DNA from: Acidimicrobiia bacterium
GTDB lineage: Bacteria > Actinomycetota > Acidimicrobiia > Acidimicrobiales > Bin134
Length of the DNA: 64,000 nt
Direction of reading: 5' to 3'
Assembly: GCA_022822905.1 (NCBI GenBank)
Contig: JAJDYE010000040.1
Coordinates: 262 to 64,261, forward strand
A program made the translations under genes and the position numbers. The first letter of the stretch is position 1. Every line of letters begins with the position of its first letter. The notes under the pieces are model-generated. The model made no database searches. It saw only the letters and a list, made by a program, of their open reading frames with translations, and was not told the origin of the DNA. Of the stretch, positions 29,205 to 40,741 are shown piece after piece.

Positions 29205-30503
29205 GTGACCTCCAACGCCGATCTGCACCAGCGCTACCAGGCTATTCTCCCCTCCTACGTCAAGCCGCTCTACGCCGAGCCCATCAGCATCGAGCGCGGC
29301 CAGGGGAGCTATGTGTGGGACGTGGAGGGCAACCGGTACCTAGACTTTTTCGGCGGCGTGCTCACCACGATGGTGGGGCACAACAACCCCGCGGTCACCG
29401 CAGCCATCCAGGAGCAGGCGTCCAAGGTGCTGCACACCTCCACGCTGTACCTGTGCGAGCCGATGATCGAACTGGCCGAGGAGATTGCGGCCATCAGCGG
29501 CATCCCCGACGCCCGGGTGTTCTTCACCACCTCCGGCAGCGAGGCCAACGACACCGCCATCTTGCTGGCCACCAGCCACCGAAAGTCCAACGAAGTGCTG
29601 GCCATGCGCAACAGCTACCACGGGCGCTCGTTCACCGCGCAGGCCATAACCTCGCACTCCTCCTGGTCGTCGACCGCGCTCTCGGGCCTCTCGGTAAACT
29701 TCGTCCACGGGGCTTATCAGCTGCGCAGCCCCTTCCAGCATCTGGACGACGACGAGTTCACCGAAGCCTGCACCGACGATCTTCGCCAAGTCCTCGACAT
29801 GATGACCACCGGGTCGGCGGCCTGCCTCATCGCCGAGCCCATCCAGGGCGTCGGCGGGTTCGCCACCCCTCCCGACGGGTTCTTCGGGTCGATGCACAAA
29901 GTGCTGGCCAACCGGGGAATCCTGTTCGTGACCGACGAGGTGCAAACCGGCTGGGGGCGCACCGGCGAGCACTTCTGGGGCTACCAGGCCCACGACATCG
30001 TCCCCGACATGCTCACCTTCGCCAAGGGCGTGGGCAACGGGATCACGCTGGCGGGCATCGTGGCCCGGGCCGAGATCATGGACACCATCAAGGCCCTGAG
30101 CTTCTCAACGTTCGGCGGAAACCCGCTGTCGACGGCGGCGGGGCTGGCCACCTTGAACTACGTGCGGGAAAACGACCTCCAGGGCAACGCCCTGCGCATG
30201 GGCAAGCGATTGGCCGATGCGCTTCGGCCAGTGGCCGAGCAGACGCCGTGGATCGTCGAGCTGCGGGGCAAGGGGCTTATGCAGGCCATAGAGATAGTGG
30301 CGCCGGACTCGATCCAGCCCGACGCCGATCGGGCCACCGAGCTGCTGGAGGGTTGCAAGCGGCGGGGGCTTCTGGTGGGCAAGGGCGGGCTATACGGAAA
30401 CGCCCTTCGGATCACCCCGATGCTGGATGTGGCCGAGGAGGAGATCGACCAGGGCGTGACCGCCATTCTCGAGACCATTGAGGAAATCGACAAGCAGGTT
30501 TGA
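29205..30503 (+). CDS. Class III aminotransferase (beta-alanine aminotransferase-like)
   Basis: SGSEAND, SYHG, DEVQTGWGRTG, AKG, TFGGNP. Confidence 0.9.
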   Translation: MTSNADLHQRYQAILPSYVKPLYAEPISIERGQGSYVWDVEGNRYLDFFGGVLTTMVGHNNPAVTAAIQEQASKVLHTSTLYLCEPMIELAEEIAAISGIPDARVFFTTSGSEANDTAILLATSHRKSNEVLAMRNSYHGRSFTAQAITSHSSWSSTALSGLSVNFVHGAYQLRSPFQHLDDDEFTEACTDDLRQVLDMMTTGSAACLIAEPIQGVGGFATPPDGFFGSMHKVLANRGILFVTDEVQTGWGRTGEHFWGYQAHDIVPDMLTFAKGVGNGITLAGIVARAEIMDTIKALSFSTFGGNPLSTAAGLATLNYVRENDLQGNALRMGKRLADALRPVAEQTPWIVELRGKGLMQAIEIVAPDSIQPDADRATELLEGCKRRGLLVGKGGLYGNALRITPMLDVAEEEIDQGVTAILETIEEIDKQV

Positions 30504-30545
30504 AGCATGACCACTCTCATCGAGGACGAATAGGGGGCAGAAAAC

Positions 30546-31955
30546 ATGACCATTTTGATCAAGAACGGCACAGTGGTGAGCTCGACCGGGGCTGATCCGG
30601 CCGAAGTCCTGATCGATGGCGAGGTGATCGTCGCCGTGCTGCAACCAGGATCCGAGCTGGCCCTGTCAGCCGAGAACGGGGCCGATCGGGTGATCGACGC
30701 CACCGGCAAGCTGGTCGTTCCCGGCGGGGTAGACGTACACACCCACATGGAGCTGCCCTTCGGCGGCACCATCGCGTCCGACGATTTCGAGACCGGCACC
30801 CGGGCCGCCGCCTGGGGCGGCACCACCACCATCGTGGATTTCGCCACCCAGAGCTATGGGCTCGACGTGCGCGAGTGCTTCGACGCCCGCATGGAGCAGG
30901 CCGAGGGGCGGTGCGCAATCGACTACGGCTTCCACATGATCATCGGCGACGTCACCGACGCCGCCCTCAAAGAGATGGACCTGCTGGTGAACGAGGGGGT
31001 CACCAGCTTCAAGCTGTTCATGGCCTACCCCGGCGTCTTCTACAGCGACGACGGTCAGATCCTGCGGGCCATGCAGCAGTGCGCCGACAACGGCGGGCTC
31101 ATGATGATGCACGCCGAGAACGGCATCGCCATCGACGTGCTGGCTGAGCAGGCCTACGAGCGGGGCGAGACCGACCCGGTGAACCACGGGTACGTGCGCC
31201 GGGCAGAGTTCGAGTCGGAGGCCACCCATCGGGCCATCCAGCTGGCCAAGGTGGGCGCCGCCCCCCTCTACATCGTGCACCTGTCGGCCAAGCAGGCGCT
31301 GGAGCAGGTGGCCATCGCCCGCAACAACGGCGCCAACGTATTCGCCGAGACCTGTCCCCAGTACCTGTACTTCAGCCTCGAAGAACACCTCGACCAAGGT
31401 TGGGACGGCGCGGCCTATGTGTGCTCAACCCCGATCCGCTCCCACCACGACCACCACCAAGACGAGCTGTGGAAAGGGCTGCGCACCAACGACCTTGCCG
31501 TGGTGTCCACCGACCACTGCCCGTTCTGCATGAAGGAGCAGAAGGAGCTGGGTGTCGGCGACTTCCGGGCCATACCCAACGGCCTGGGCACCGTCGAGCA
31601 CCGGATGGACCTGATCTATCAGGGGGTGGCCACCGGGGAGATCACCCTGCCCCGCTGGGTGGAGCTGTGCTCCACCACCCCGGCCCGCATGATGGGCCTC
31701 TACCCCCGCAAAGGCATCATCCAGCCCGGGTCCGATGCCGACGTGGTGATCTACGACCCTCAGGCAACCTGGACCATCAGCGTGGAGAACCACCACATGA
31801 ACATCGACCACTCGGCCTACGAGGGGATCGAGGTCAGCGGCCACGTCGACACCGTCTTGTCGAGGGGCCGGGTCATCATCGACGACAACCAGTACCTGGG
31901 CTCCAAGGGCGACGGGCAATATCTGCGCCGCGGCCTCAGCTCCTACCTGATTTAG
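30546..31955 (+). CDS. hydA: Dihydropyrimidinase
   Basis: PGGVDVHTH, SFKLFMAY, HAENG, ETCPQYL, STDHCPF. Confidence 0.93.
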   Translation: MTILIKNGTVVSSTGADPAEVLIDGEVIVAVLQPGSELALSAENGADRVIDATGKLVVPGGVDVHTHMELPFGGTIASDDFETGTRAAAWGGTTTIVDFATQSYGLDVRECFDARMEQAEGRCAIDYGFHMIIGDVTDAALKEMDLLVNEGVTSFKLFMAYPGVFYSDDGQILRAMQQCADNGGLMMMHAENGIAIDVLAEQAYERGETDPVNHGYVRRAEFESEATHRAIQLAKVGAAPLYIVHLSAKQALEQVAIARNNGANVFAETCPQYLYFSLEEHLDQGWDGAAYVCSTPIRSHHDHHQDELWKGLRTNDLAVVSTDHCPFCMKEQKELGVGDFRAIPNGLGTVEHRMDLIYQGVATGEITLPRWVELCSTTPARMMGLYPRKGIIQPGSDADVVIYDPQATWTISVENHHMNIDHSAYEGIEVSGHVDTVLSRGRVIIDDNQYLGSKGDGQYLRRGLSSYLI

Positions 31956-31977
31956 AACCTGGATTAACGGAGGGGGA

Positions 31978-33465
<1,488 letters not shown>

Positions 33466-33532
33466 CAGACCACCGTTTGGCCAGGTGCTTTCGACTTGCG
33501 CCGGGCGTTGAACGCGAATGGTTCTTGTTGGT

Positions 33533-33554
33533 TGTGGTTACGATGTGGTTACAT
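33533..33554. promoter_or_regulatory. Operator candidate for the MazE antitoxin
   Basis: tgtggttac x2 at 11-bp spacing; ATGT-GGTT-ACAT palindrome. Confidence 0.45.
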
Positions 33555-33587
33555 ATTTTCCAAGACAGGGTAACGGTGGAGGCATCT

Positions 33588-33857
33588 GTGGACGCGACAA
33601 TCGTAAGGGTCGGGAACTCCCGAGGCATTCGGATACCTAAGCCCCTCATTGAGGAAGCCGGGCTCGGGGAGCGGGTGGTGCTTAGGGTCGTCGAGGGCGG
33701 TCTTTTGATCGAACCGCGGGAAGAGGTGAGGCCAGGTTGGGCGGACGCCGCACGCCAAGGTCGGGAGCATAGCGAAGCCGGCAGCGAAGATAGGTGGCCA
33801 CAGACTCGCTTCGACTCTTCTGAGTGGGAATGGGTGCCCGGCCAAGGCGATGGCTGA
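33588..33857 (+). CDS. AbrB/MazE family antitoxin
   Basis: IVRVGNSRGIRIPKPLIEEAGL; GGAGG before GTG. Confidence 0.88.
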   Translation: MDATIVRVGNSRGIRIPKPLIEEAGLGERVVLRVVEGGLLIEPREEVRPGWADAARQGREHSEAGSEDRWPQTRFDSSEWEWVPGQGDG

Positions 33858-34180
33858 TGTTCCCGAAGCGCGGCGACGTCTACCTGTGCGAACTGGATCC
33901 CGCAATCGGCTCTGAGATCCGCAAAACTCGGCCCGCGCTGGTGGTGTCTCCCGACGAACTGAACGAGCACTGGAGCACATGCCTGATTGCCCCGATGACA
34001 ACCGGCGGCCATCCTTACCCATTTCGGGTCGCCTGCAAGTTCCGCAACACCAGAGGCCATGTCGTGGTGGACCAGATCAGGGCGGTGGACTCGGCCCGTT
34101 TGGTGCGGAGGCTGGGCAGCCTCTCACCGTCTTCGATGTCGCAGGTGCTGGCGGTGGCCCGCGAGATGTTCGCAGACTGA
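33857..34180 (+). CDS. PemK/MazF family toxin
   Basis: RGDVY...LDPAIGSEIRKTRPALVVS; DQIRAVD; TGATG overlap. Confidence 0.92.
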   Translation: MFPKRGDVYLCELDPAIGSEIRKTRPALVVSPDELNEHWSTCLIAPMTTGGHPYPFRVACKFRNTRGHVVVDQIRAVDSARLVRRLGSLSPSSMSQVLAVAREMFAD

Positions 34181-34335
34181 CCCTTGCTCCCCTTGCCGCT
34201 AAGGGCCTCTGACCGCTGCCTCCATATTTCGTCGACACAAGCATCAGGCAGGCATCTGGTACGCAGCCGCTGCTGTGGGTTCCCCTGCTAGATTCGCTCC
34301 GATCAGGCTGATGATCGCCAGCGGAGGGTGAGGGA

Positions 34336-35337
34336 ATGGATTTCGGCGTTGTCCTGCAAACTGATCCACCGGCATGGAGGGTGGTGGAGTTGGCCAAGCG
34401 GGCGGAGACGCGGGGCTTCAACTATGGGTGGACGTTTGACAGCCATGTGCTGTGGCAAGAGCCCTTTGTGATCTACAGCCAGATGCTCTCGGCCACCGAC
34501 AGCATGATCGTCGGGCCGATGGTCACGAACCCCGGCACCCGGGATTGGACGGTTACCGCGTCGCTCTTCGCCACCCTGAACGACATGTTCGGCAACCGCA
34601 CCGTGTGCGGCATCGGCCGGGGTGATTCCGCCATGCGGGTGATTGGCCGCAAGCCTTGCAGCCTGGCCACTTTGAGCGAGTCTATGAGGGTGATCAAGGA
34701 CCTGGCTGAGGGCCGGGAGACTGCCTACAACGGCACTCAGCAGCACTTCCCGTGGGCAGGGGAGTCCGTTCTCAAGATGCTGATGGCGGCCTATGGTCCC
34801 AAGGCGCTGCACCTGTGCGGAAGCGAGACCGACGGGTTTATTCTCCAGCTAGCCGATCCGGCGATCGCCGAGTGGACCATCTCCGCCGTTCGGCGGGCCG
34901 CGGAGGAGGCAGGCCGCGATCCCGACAGCCTGTACATCTGCGTGGCCGCGCCCGCTTATGTGGGCACCAACATCGAGCACCAGCGAGAGCAATGCCGATG
35001 GTTCGGCGGCATGGTGGGGAACCACGTGGCCGACCTGGTGTCTCGCTACGGCGATCAGGGGGCGGGCGTGCCCCAAGCGCTCACCGACTACATCGCCGGC
35101 CGGGAGGGCTACGACTACAGCGGGCACGGCAAAGCGGGCCACGAACACACCGACTTCGTTCCCGACGAGATCATCGACCGCTTTTGCATTCTCGGCGACG
35201 AGGACGCCCACCTGGCCCGGCTGCGCGAGTTGGAAGCGCTAGGCGTGGATCAGTTCGCCATCTATCTCATGCACGACCAAAAGGACGAGACCCTCAACGC
35301 CTACGGCCAGCGGATCATCCCGGCGATGGGCGGCTAA
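34336..35337 (+). CDS. LLM-class F420-dependent oxidoreductase (TIGR03842-like)
   Basis: MDFGVVLQTDPP, WTFDSHVLWQEP, CGIGRGDSA, WFGGMVGNH. Confidence 0.85.
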   Translation: MDFGVVLQTDPPAWRVVELAKRAETRGFNYGWTFDSHVLWQEPFVIYSQMLSATDSMIVGPMVTNPGTRDWTVTASLFATLNDMFGNRTVCGIGRGDSAMRVIGRKPCSLATLSESMRVIKDLAEGRETAYNGTQQHFPWAGESVLKMLMAAYGPKALHLCGSETDGFILQLADPAIAEWTISAVRRAAEEAGRDPDSLYICVAAPAYVGTNIEHQREQCRWFGGMVGNHVADLVSRYGDQGAGVPQALTDYIAGREGYDYSGHGKAGHEHTDFVPDEIIDRFCILGDEDAHLARLRELEALGVDQFAIYLMHDQKDETLNAYGQRIIPAMGG

Positions 35338-35349
35338 GGGCGAACGAGC

Positions 35350-36327
35350 ATGCCGAAGATCGACACCATGGCTGAGACGGACGATCCTCTCGTTCGCGAA
35401 CACCGTCTCAAGCAGCAGGCAGCCCACGAGGAACGCCGCGACGCCGTGGTGCGCATCGTTCGCCAAACAGTGACCTTCGTGTTGTTCATGGCGTTGCTCG
35501 CCGGGTTGTACACCGGGTACAAGGCGTTCGGCCAGGCCATCGACGACCGCCAGCACGAATGGGCCGTGGTGGGATCGGTTCTACCCCGCACCGACGATCT
35601 GAACATGCCCCCGGTGAGCGAGATCTTCGGCCAATTCGGTGAGACGCCCGGGGGCCGAGACCAGATCTATGTGAAGATCCTGTTCGACGAGGCCCTCTTC
35701 ACGCTGCGGGAGGCCTTTGCCGGCTTCATGGTGGGCCTGGTGATCGGCATGGCCATCGCCTTGGCCCTGGCGCAGTGGCGCCGGCTCGAACAGGGCCTGC
35801 TCCCCTACGTGATTGCCAGCCAGACCATTCCGCTCATCGCCATCGCACCCATCATCGTGATCTGGGGGCGCAAGAACTTCGATGTGTTCCCGTGGGAGTG
35901 GCAGGACTGGATGTCGGTCTCCATCATCGCCACCTACCTCACGTTCTTCCCGGTGGCGGTCAACGGATTGCGAGGGCTGCAATCGCCCCGGCCGGAGAAC
36001 CAAGAGCTCATGGAGTCTTACGCCGCCAACTGGTTGCAGACGTTGTGGCGCCTGCGCCTTCCCGCCTCACTCCCGTACTTGTTCGCCGCACTCAAGATCG
36101 CGGCAACGGCCAGCATCGTGGGGGCCATTGTGGGTGAGATCTCCGCGGGAGTCGAGGGCGGGCTCGGTCGGCGCATCTTGCGCGAGGCGTTCAACTACAC
36201 CACCGGCCCCGACCGTTTGTTTGCCAGCGTGCTGGGAGCCGCAGTTTTGGGGATCTTCGTGTTCCTCGTGGTGACTGGTGTCGAGAGAGTTGTCGTCGGC
36301 AATCAGAATCGAGAATCGACGACATGA
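35350..36327 (+). CDS. NitT/TauT-type ABC permease
   Basis: SQTIPLIAIAP, LPASLPYLF, GAIVGE. Confidence 0.9.
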   Translation: MPKIDTMAETDDPLVREHRLKQQAAHEERRDAVVRIVRQTVTFVLFMALLAGLYTGYKAFGQAIDDRQHEWAVVGSVLPRTDDLNMPPVSEIFGQFGETPGGRDQIYVKILFDEALFTLREAFAGFMVGLVIGMAIALALAQWRRLEQGLLPYVIASQTIPLIAIAPIIVIWGRKNFDVFPWEWQDWMSVSIIATYLTFFPVAVNGLRGLQSPRPENQELMESYAANWLQTLWRLRLPASLPYLFAALKIAATASIVGAIVGEISAGVEGGLGRRILREAFNYTTGPDRLFASVLGAAVLGIFVFLVVTGVERVVVGNQNRESTT

Positions 36328-37145
36328 GTGAGGAATCAGCAGTGAGCGAGGCCATGTCCACCGGCGAAGCTGAATCCCAGCTCGTGATCGACATCCGCGG
36401 GGCGACGAAGGTGTTCAACCCCGGCAGAAGCAACCAAGTAGAGGCGCTGGCCGAGATCGATCTGGCCGTTGAGCCGGGGGAGTTCATCACCCTCATCGGC
36501 CCATCGGGGTGCGGCAAGAGCACCCTGCTGCGGTTGATCGCGTCATTGATTCCCCCGTCGTCCGGGTCGGTGCAGGTCAATGCCAAGCCAGCGGAGCAGG
36601 CTCGTCTCGACCGGGACTACGGCATGGCCTTCCAGACGGCCGGCTTGTTCGACTGGCGCTCCGTGACCAAGAACATCGAGCTGCCGCTCGAGCTGATGGG
36701 ATGGTCGAAGGGGGATCGGCGTCGCCGGGCCGCAGAAATGTTGGAGTTGGTCAAGCTCAGCGAGTTTGCCAAGCACCACCCCTCCGAGCTGTCCGGCGGC
36801 ATGCAGCAGCGGGTAGCCATTGCCCGGGCGCTGGCGTTCAGCCCGTCGCTGCTGCTGATGGACGAACCGTTCGGAGCGCTCGACGAGATGACCCGCGAGC
36901 ACATGCAAGACGAGCTGCTGCGGATCTGGAAGGAGACCGAGACCACCGTGGTCTTTGTCACCCACTCGATCCCTGAAGCGGTGTATCTCTCCACCCGTGT
37001 CGTAGTGATGTCGCCTCGTCCCGGGACGATCGCCTCGACCATCAGCGTGGATCTCGGCGACCGCAGCGCCGCCACCCGAGACGATCCCGCATTCTTCAAG
37101 AAGGTCACCGAGGTGCGCATTGCCCTGAGGGAGGTGGAAGGGTGA
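36324..37145 (+). CDS. NitT/TauT-type ABC ATPase
   Basis: GPSGCGKST, LSGGMQQR, DEPFGALD, VTHSIPEA. Confidence 0.92.
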   Translation: MSEESAVSEAMSTGEAESQLVIDIRGATKVFNPGRSNQVEALAEIDLAVEPGEFITLIGPSGCGKSTLLRLIASLIPPSSGSVQVNAKPAEQARLDRDYGMAFQTAGLFDWRSVTKNIELPLELMGWSKGDRRRRAAEMLELVKLSEFAKHHPSELSGGMQQRVAIARALAFSPSLLLMDEPFGALDEMTREHMQDELLRIWKETETTVVFVTHSIPEAVYLSTRVVVMSPRPGTIASTISVDLGDRSAATRDDPAFFKKVTEVRIALREVEG

Positions 37146-37921
37146 ACACGCTGAAGGGGTTTTCCGCCCCCATCGTGACCGGTGTGGTGCTGTTCGGCTT
37201 GTGGGAAGGCGTGTTGACCCTGCTCAACCCCCAAGGATTCGTGTTGCCAGCCCCCTCTGAGATCGTCGGCGCGTTGATCGACAACTGGGATGAGGTGTAT
37301 CAGGGGGCCCGCATCACCGGCTTCGTCGTGGGGTCCGGGCTGATCGCTGGGATCATCCTCGGCATTCTCGCTGCTCTGTTGGTCACTCGCTTCCGGACCG
37401 CCAACGAGACCATCACGCCGCTGGCCGTGGCCGTCAACGCTATTCCGATCATCGCTCTGGCCCCGATCTTCAACAACTGGTTCGGGCTCACCTCTCCCCG
37501 CTCCAACCAGGCCATCGTGGTGGCGCTGGTGTTCTTCCCCATCTTCATCAACACCACTAGGGGTCTCACCCAGGTGGATCGAAGTCAGATCGAGCTCATG
37601 GAGTCGTATGCAGCCAGCCGGTCGCGCATCACCCGAGAGGTGAGGATTCCCAACGCCATGCCGTTCTTCTTCACCGCGCTGAAGCTGGCCACATCACTGG
37701 CCGTCATCGCCGCCATCGTCGCCGAGTACTTCGGTGGGCGACAAGACGCCCTCGGCCCCATGATCACGCAGTCGGCGGGTCTTACCCGCTACGACGAAGC
37801 ATGGGCCGCCGTGCTTGCCGGCACCGCCATCGGCGCGGTGCTGTATTTCGCCGTAATTGTTCTTGAGCGAGTGGCGATGCCCTGGCACTCGTTGATTCGA
37901 GCCCAAGAAGGCGAAACATGA
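37142..37921 (+). CDS. NitT/TauT-type ABC permease
   Basis: LPAPSEI, PIIALAP, AIVAEY. Confidence 0.9.
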   Translation: MNTLKGFSAPIVTGVVLFGLWEGVLTLLNPQGFVLPAPSEIVGALIDNWDEVYQGARITGFVVGSGLIAGIILGILAALLVTRFRTANETITPLAVAVNAIPIIALAPIFNNWFGLTSPRSNQAIVVALVFFPIFINTTRGLTQVDRSQIELMESYAASRSRITREVRIPNAMPFFFTALKLATSLAVIAAIVAEYFGGRQDALGPMITQSAGLTRYDEAWAAVLAGTAIGAVLYFAVIVLERVAMPWHSLIRAQEGET

Positions 37922-37932
37922 AAGGAAAAACC

Positions 37933-39045
37933 ATGAACAGACAAAAAATCTGGCGCTTGCTCGCCGTGCTTCTTGCCTTGGTGGTGGTTGCCGCCGGGTG
38001 CGGCAACGACGACGACGAAGTCCAAGAAATCCAGGATGTGTCGCTTCAGCTTCAGTGGGTCCCGCAGTCGCAGTTTGCCGGCTTCTTTGCCGCTCGCGAC
38101 CTGGGGTTCTATGAAGACGTCGGCCTAAACGTCACGATCATCGACGGTGGTCTCGACATCGTGCCGGCCACGGTCCTCGACTCCGGGGGCGCCGACTTCG
38201 CCATCTCCTGGGTGCCGCGGGGGCTGGTGCCCCGTGAGGAGGGCCTGAACATCACCAACATTGCCCAGGTGTTCCAACGCAGCGGCACCTTGCAGGTGTC
38301 GTTCGTTGACGCCGGCATCACTGGTCCGGCCGACCTTGAGGGCAAGCTGGTGGGGAACTGGGGCTTCGGCAACGAGTTCGAGCTCTTGGCCGGCCTCGTC
38401 AGCGTGGGCCTCGACCCGCAGTCCGATGTCACCTTGGTGCAGCAGGACTTCAACATGACTGCGCTCGTCAACGGCGACGTCGACGCCGCTCAGGCGATGA
38501 TCTACAACGAGTACGCCCAAGTGCTCGAGACCATCAATCCCGACACTGGCGAGCTGTTCCAGCCCGAGGACTTCTCGGTCATCGACTGGAATGACGTGGG
38601 CACGGCCATGCTGCAAGACGCCATTTGGGCCGACGCCGACAAGCTGGAGACCGATGACAATTACCGCGACATCGCGGTGCGCTTTGTGGAGGCGTCGCTG
38701 CGAGGGTGGATCCACTGCCGCGACAACTTCCAGCAGTGCGTCGACATCGTGGTAGCTGCCTCTCCGCCCTTCGGCGGACCGGCGCACCAGGCGTGGATGA
38801 TGAACGAGATCAACGCCCTCATCTGGCCATCACCGGGTGGGGTCGGGATCATGGACCAAGCTCTGTACGACCAGACCATCGACGTGGCCACGTCCCAGGG
38901 CATCCTCCAAGCGCCTCCCGATGCCGGGGCGTTCCGCACCGACATTGCCGAGGAAGCGGTTGCCAACCTCGAAGCCGCTGGCGTGGATGTGTACGGCAAC
39001 GACTTCGCCCGCCGCACCGTGGAGGTCAAAGAGGGCGGCAATTAA
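37933..39045 (+). CDS. NMT1/THI5-like substrate-binding lipoprotein
   Basis: Lipobox AAGC; LQLQWVPQSQFAGF; AMIYNEY. Confidence 0.88.
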   Translation: MNRQKIWRLLAVLLALVVVAAGCGNDDDEVQEIQDVSLQLQWVPQSQFAGFFAARDLGFYEDVGLNVTIIDGGLDIVPATVLDSGGADFAISWVPRGLVPREEGLNITNIAQVFQRSGTLQVSFVDAGITGPADLEGKLVGNWGFGNEFELLAGLVSVGLDPQSDVTLVQQDFNMTALVNGDVDAAQAMIYNEYAQVLETINPDTGELFQPEDFSVIDWNDVGTAMLQDAIWADADKLETDDNYRDIAVRFVEASLRGWIHCRDNFQQCVDIVVAASPPFGGPAHQAWMMNEINALIWPSPGGVGIMDQALYDQTIDVATSQGILQAPPDAGAFRTDIAEEAVANLEAAGVDVYGNDFARRTVEVKEGGN

Positions 39046-39078
39046 CCCGTAGACAGGGCCATCGAGAAAACTGGGGGA

Positions 39079-39993
39079 ATGAAGTTCAGCTTCGGCCTCC
39101 CGCTGATGGCCCATCCGCAGAACCCCGAATTCCTGACCGCCGAGGCCGTTTCCGAGTTCGCTCGGGCGGCCGAGGCGGCGGGGTTCGACTCCTGCTCGCT
39201 CACCGAGCACCCCCTGCCCAACGACCGGTGGCTGGCCAGCGGGGGCCACGACGCCCTCGACCCATTTGTGGCGCTAGGGGTGGTGGCCGGGGCTACTACC
39301 CGGCTGCGGTTGCTCACCAACCTGACCCCGGTGCCCTATCGAAATCCGGCCATCTTGGCCAAGACGGTGGCCACCCTCGACCGGCTCAGCGGAGGTCGGG
39401 TCATTCTTGGCGCGGGGGTGGGCTATCTGCTCTCCGAGTTTGAAGCGGTGGGAGTGGACTTCGACCAGCGCAATGCCCTTTTCGACGAGAGCTTGGAGGT
39501 GATGCGGCTGATCTGGTCGGGCGAGACGGTGAACTACCAGGGCCTCAACTTCACCATTGCCGACAGCACCGGTCTCCCCGCCCCGGTGCAGTCGCCGGTG
39601 CCGGTGTGGATCGGGGGCAACTCCAAGCTCTCCCGCCGCCGGGTGGCCGAGAAGGCCCAGGGGTGGATGCCCATGCCCAATCCGGCGGCACTGGCCTCCC
39701 GCCGCCGCTCGGCCCACTTGGAGACCCTGGATGAGCTGGCCGAGATGATCGCCTATCTCCACGACCACGCCGCGTCGGTGGGCCGCACCGAGCCCATCGA
39801 CATCAAGTACATGGATCTTGAAGTCGGGCCGGTGGGCACGCCGGGCTGGAACGCCGACCAGCACTTGGAGAACATTGCCGCCCAAGCCGCCATCGGCGTG
39901 ACCGCGATGGCCGCCCTCATCGCCGGCGATACACGCTCACAAATTGTTGAGGCCCTGCATCAATACGGCGAGGAAATCATCGCCTATCGTTAG
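39079..39993 (+). CDS. LLM-class F420-dependent oxidoreductase
   Basis: EH, DPFVAL, AKTVATLDRLSGGR, WIGGNS. Confidence 0.88.
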   Translation: MKFSFGLPLMAHPQNPEFLTAEAVSEFARAAEAAGFDSCSLTEHPLPNDRWLASGGHDALDPFVALGVVAGATTRLRLLTNLTPVPYRNPAILAKTVATLDRLSGGRVILGAGVGYLLSEFEAVGVDFDQRNALFDESLEVMRLIWSGETVNYQGLNFTIADSTGLPAPVQSPVPVWIGGNSKLSRRRVAEKAQGWMPMPNPAALASRRRSAHLETLDELAEMIAYLHDHAASVGRTEPIDIKYMDLEVGPVGTPGWNADQHLENIAAQAAIGVTAMAALIAGDTRSQIVEALHQYGEEIIAYR

Positions 39994-39997
39994 GCCT

Positions 39998-40076
39998 ATG
40001 TTGAGATTTGTCGAGGGAGCTTTGGGTGGTCGCCGCGCAGAGGCGGAAAGGGGATTCCCATGTTGAGATTTGTCGA
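39998..40076. repeat. 17-bp direct repeat duplicating the GPP34 gene start
   Basis: atgttgagatttgtcga at 39998-40014 and 40060-40076. Confidence 0.9.
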
Positions 40077-40731
40077 AGAGATCCTTCTCCTGTTGCTGCG
40101 AGACGACGACGGGAGGTTCATCAACGTGCCCCAGTCGTCCATGGATCGGGCCGTGGCTGGGGCGGTGCTGATGGAGCTGGCCATGGAGAACCGGATAGAC
40201 ACCGACTTGGAACACCTGATCCTGGTGGATGACACCCCGGTGGGCGACGACCTGCTGGATCCGACGCTGGCCATGATCGCCGAAGGGCAGGGGGTGCAAG
40301 GCCAGGAGAAAGACCCCCGGCACTGGGTGGAGCAGACCTCCCAGAAGGCGCCGGAGATCAGGGAGGCGACGCTGGACCGGTTGGTGGAGCGCGGCATCCT
40401 GGAGCGTGAGGACGACCGCTTCTTGTGGGTGTTCCGGTCGCGCCGCTACCCGATGATCGACGGCGAGGCCGAGCGGGAGGTCAAGCTGCGGATCATGGGG
40501 GTGCTGTTCAGCGATGAGATCCCCAGCCCTCGCGACGTGGTGATCATCTGCCTGGCCCACGCCTGTGGGATCTTCAGCGAGCTGCTCTCCAAGCGGGAGC
40601 TCGAGCAGGCCAGTGCCCGCATCGAGCAGGTGCGCAAGCTCGACCTCATCGGCCAGGCCATGTCGCAGTCGATCCAAGACTTCGAGGTATGGCTGGCCAA
40701 CGCCGCCGTCCAAGGACGAGGCTTCTTCTAA
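40060..40731 (+). CDS. GPP34 (Golgi phosphoprotein 3-like) family protein
   Basis: EEILLLLL.DD.G, AGAVLMEL, RLVERGIL, RRYP. Confidence 0.8.
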   Translation: MLRFVEEILLLLLRDDDGRFINVPQSSMDRAVAGAVLMELAMENRIDTDLEHLILVDDTPVGDDLLDPTLAMIAEGQGVQGQEKDPRHWVEQTSQKAPEIREATLDRLVERGILEREDDRFLWVFRSRRYPMIDGEAEREVKLRIMGVLFSDEIPSPRDVVIICLAHACGIFSELLSKRELEQASARIEQVRKLDLIGQAMSQSIQDFEVWLANAAVQGRGFF

Positions 40732-40741
40732 GGCACCGAGC

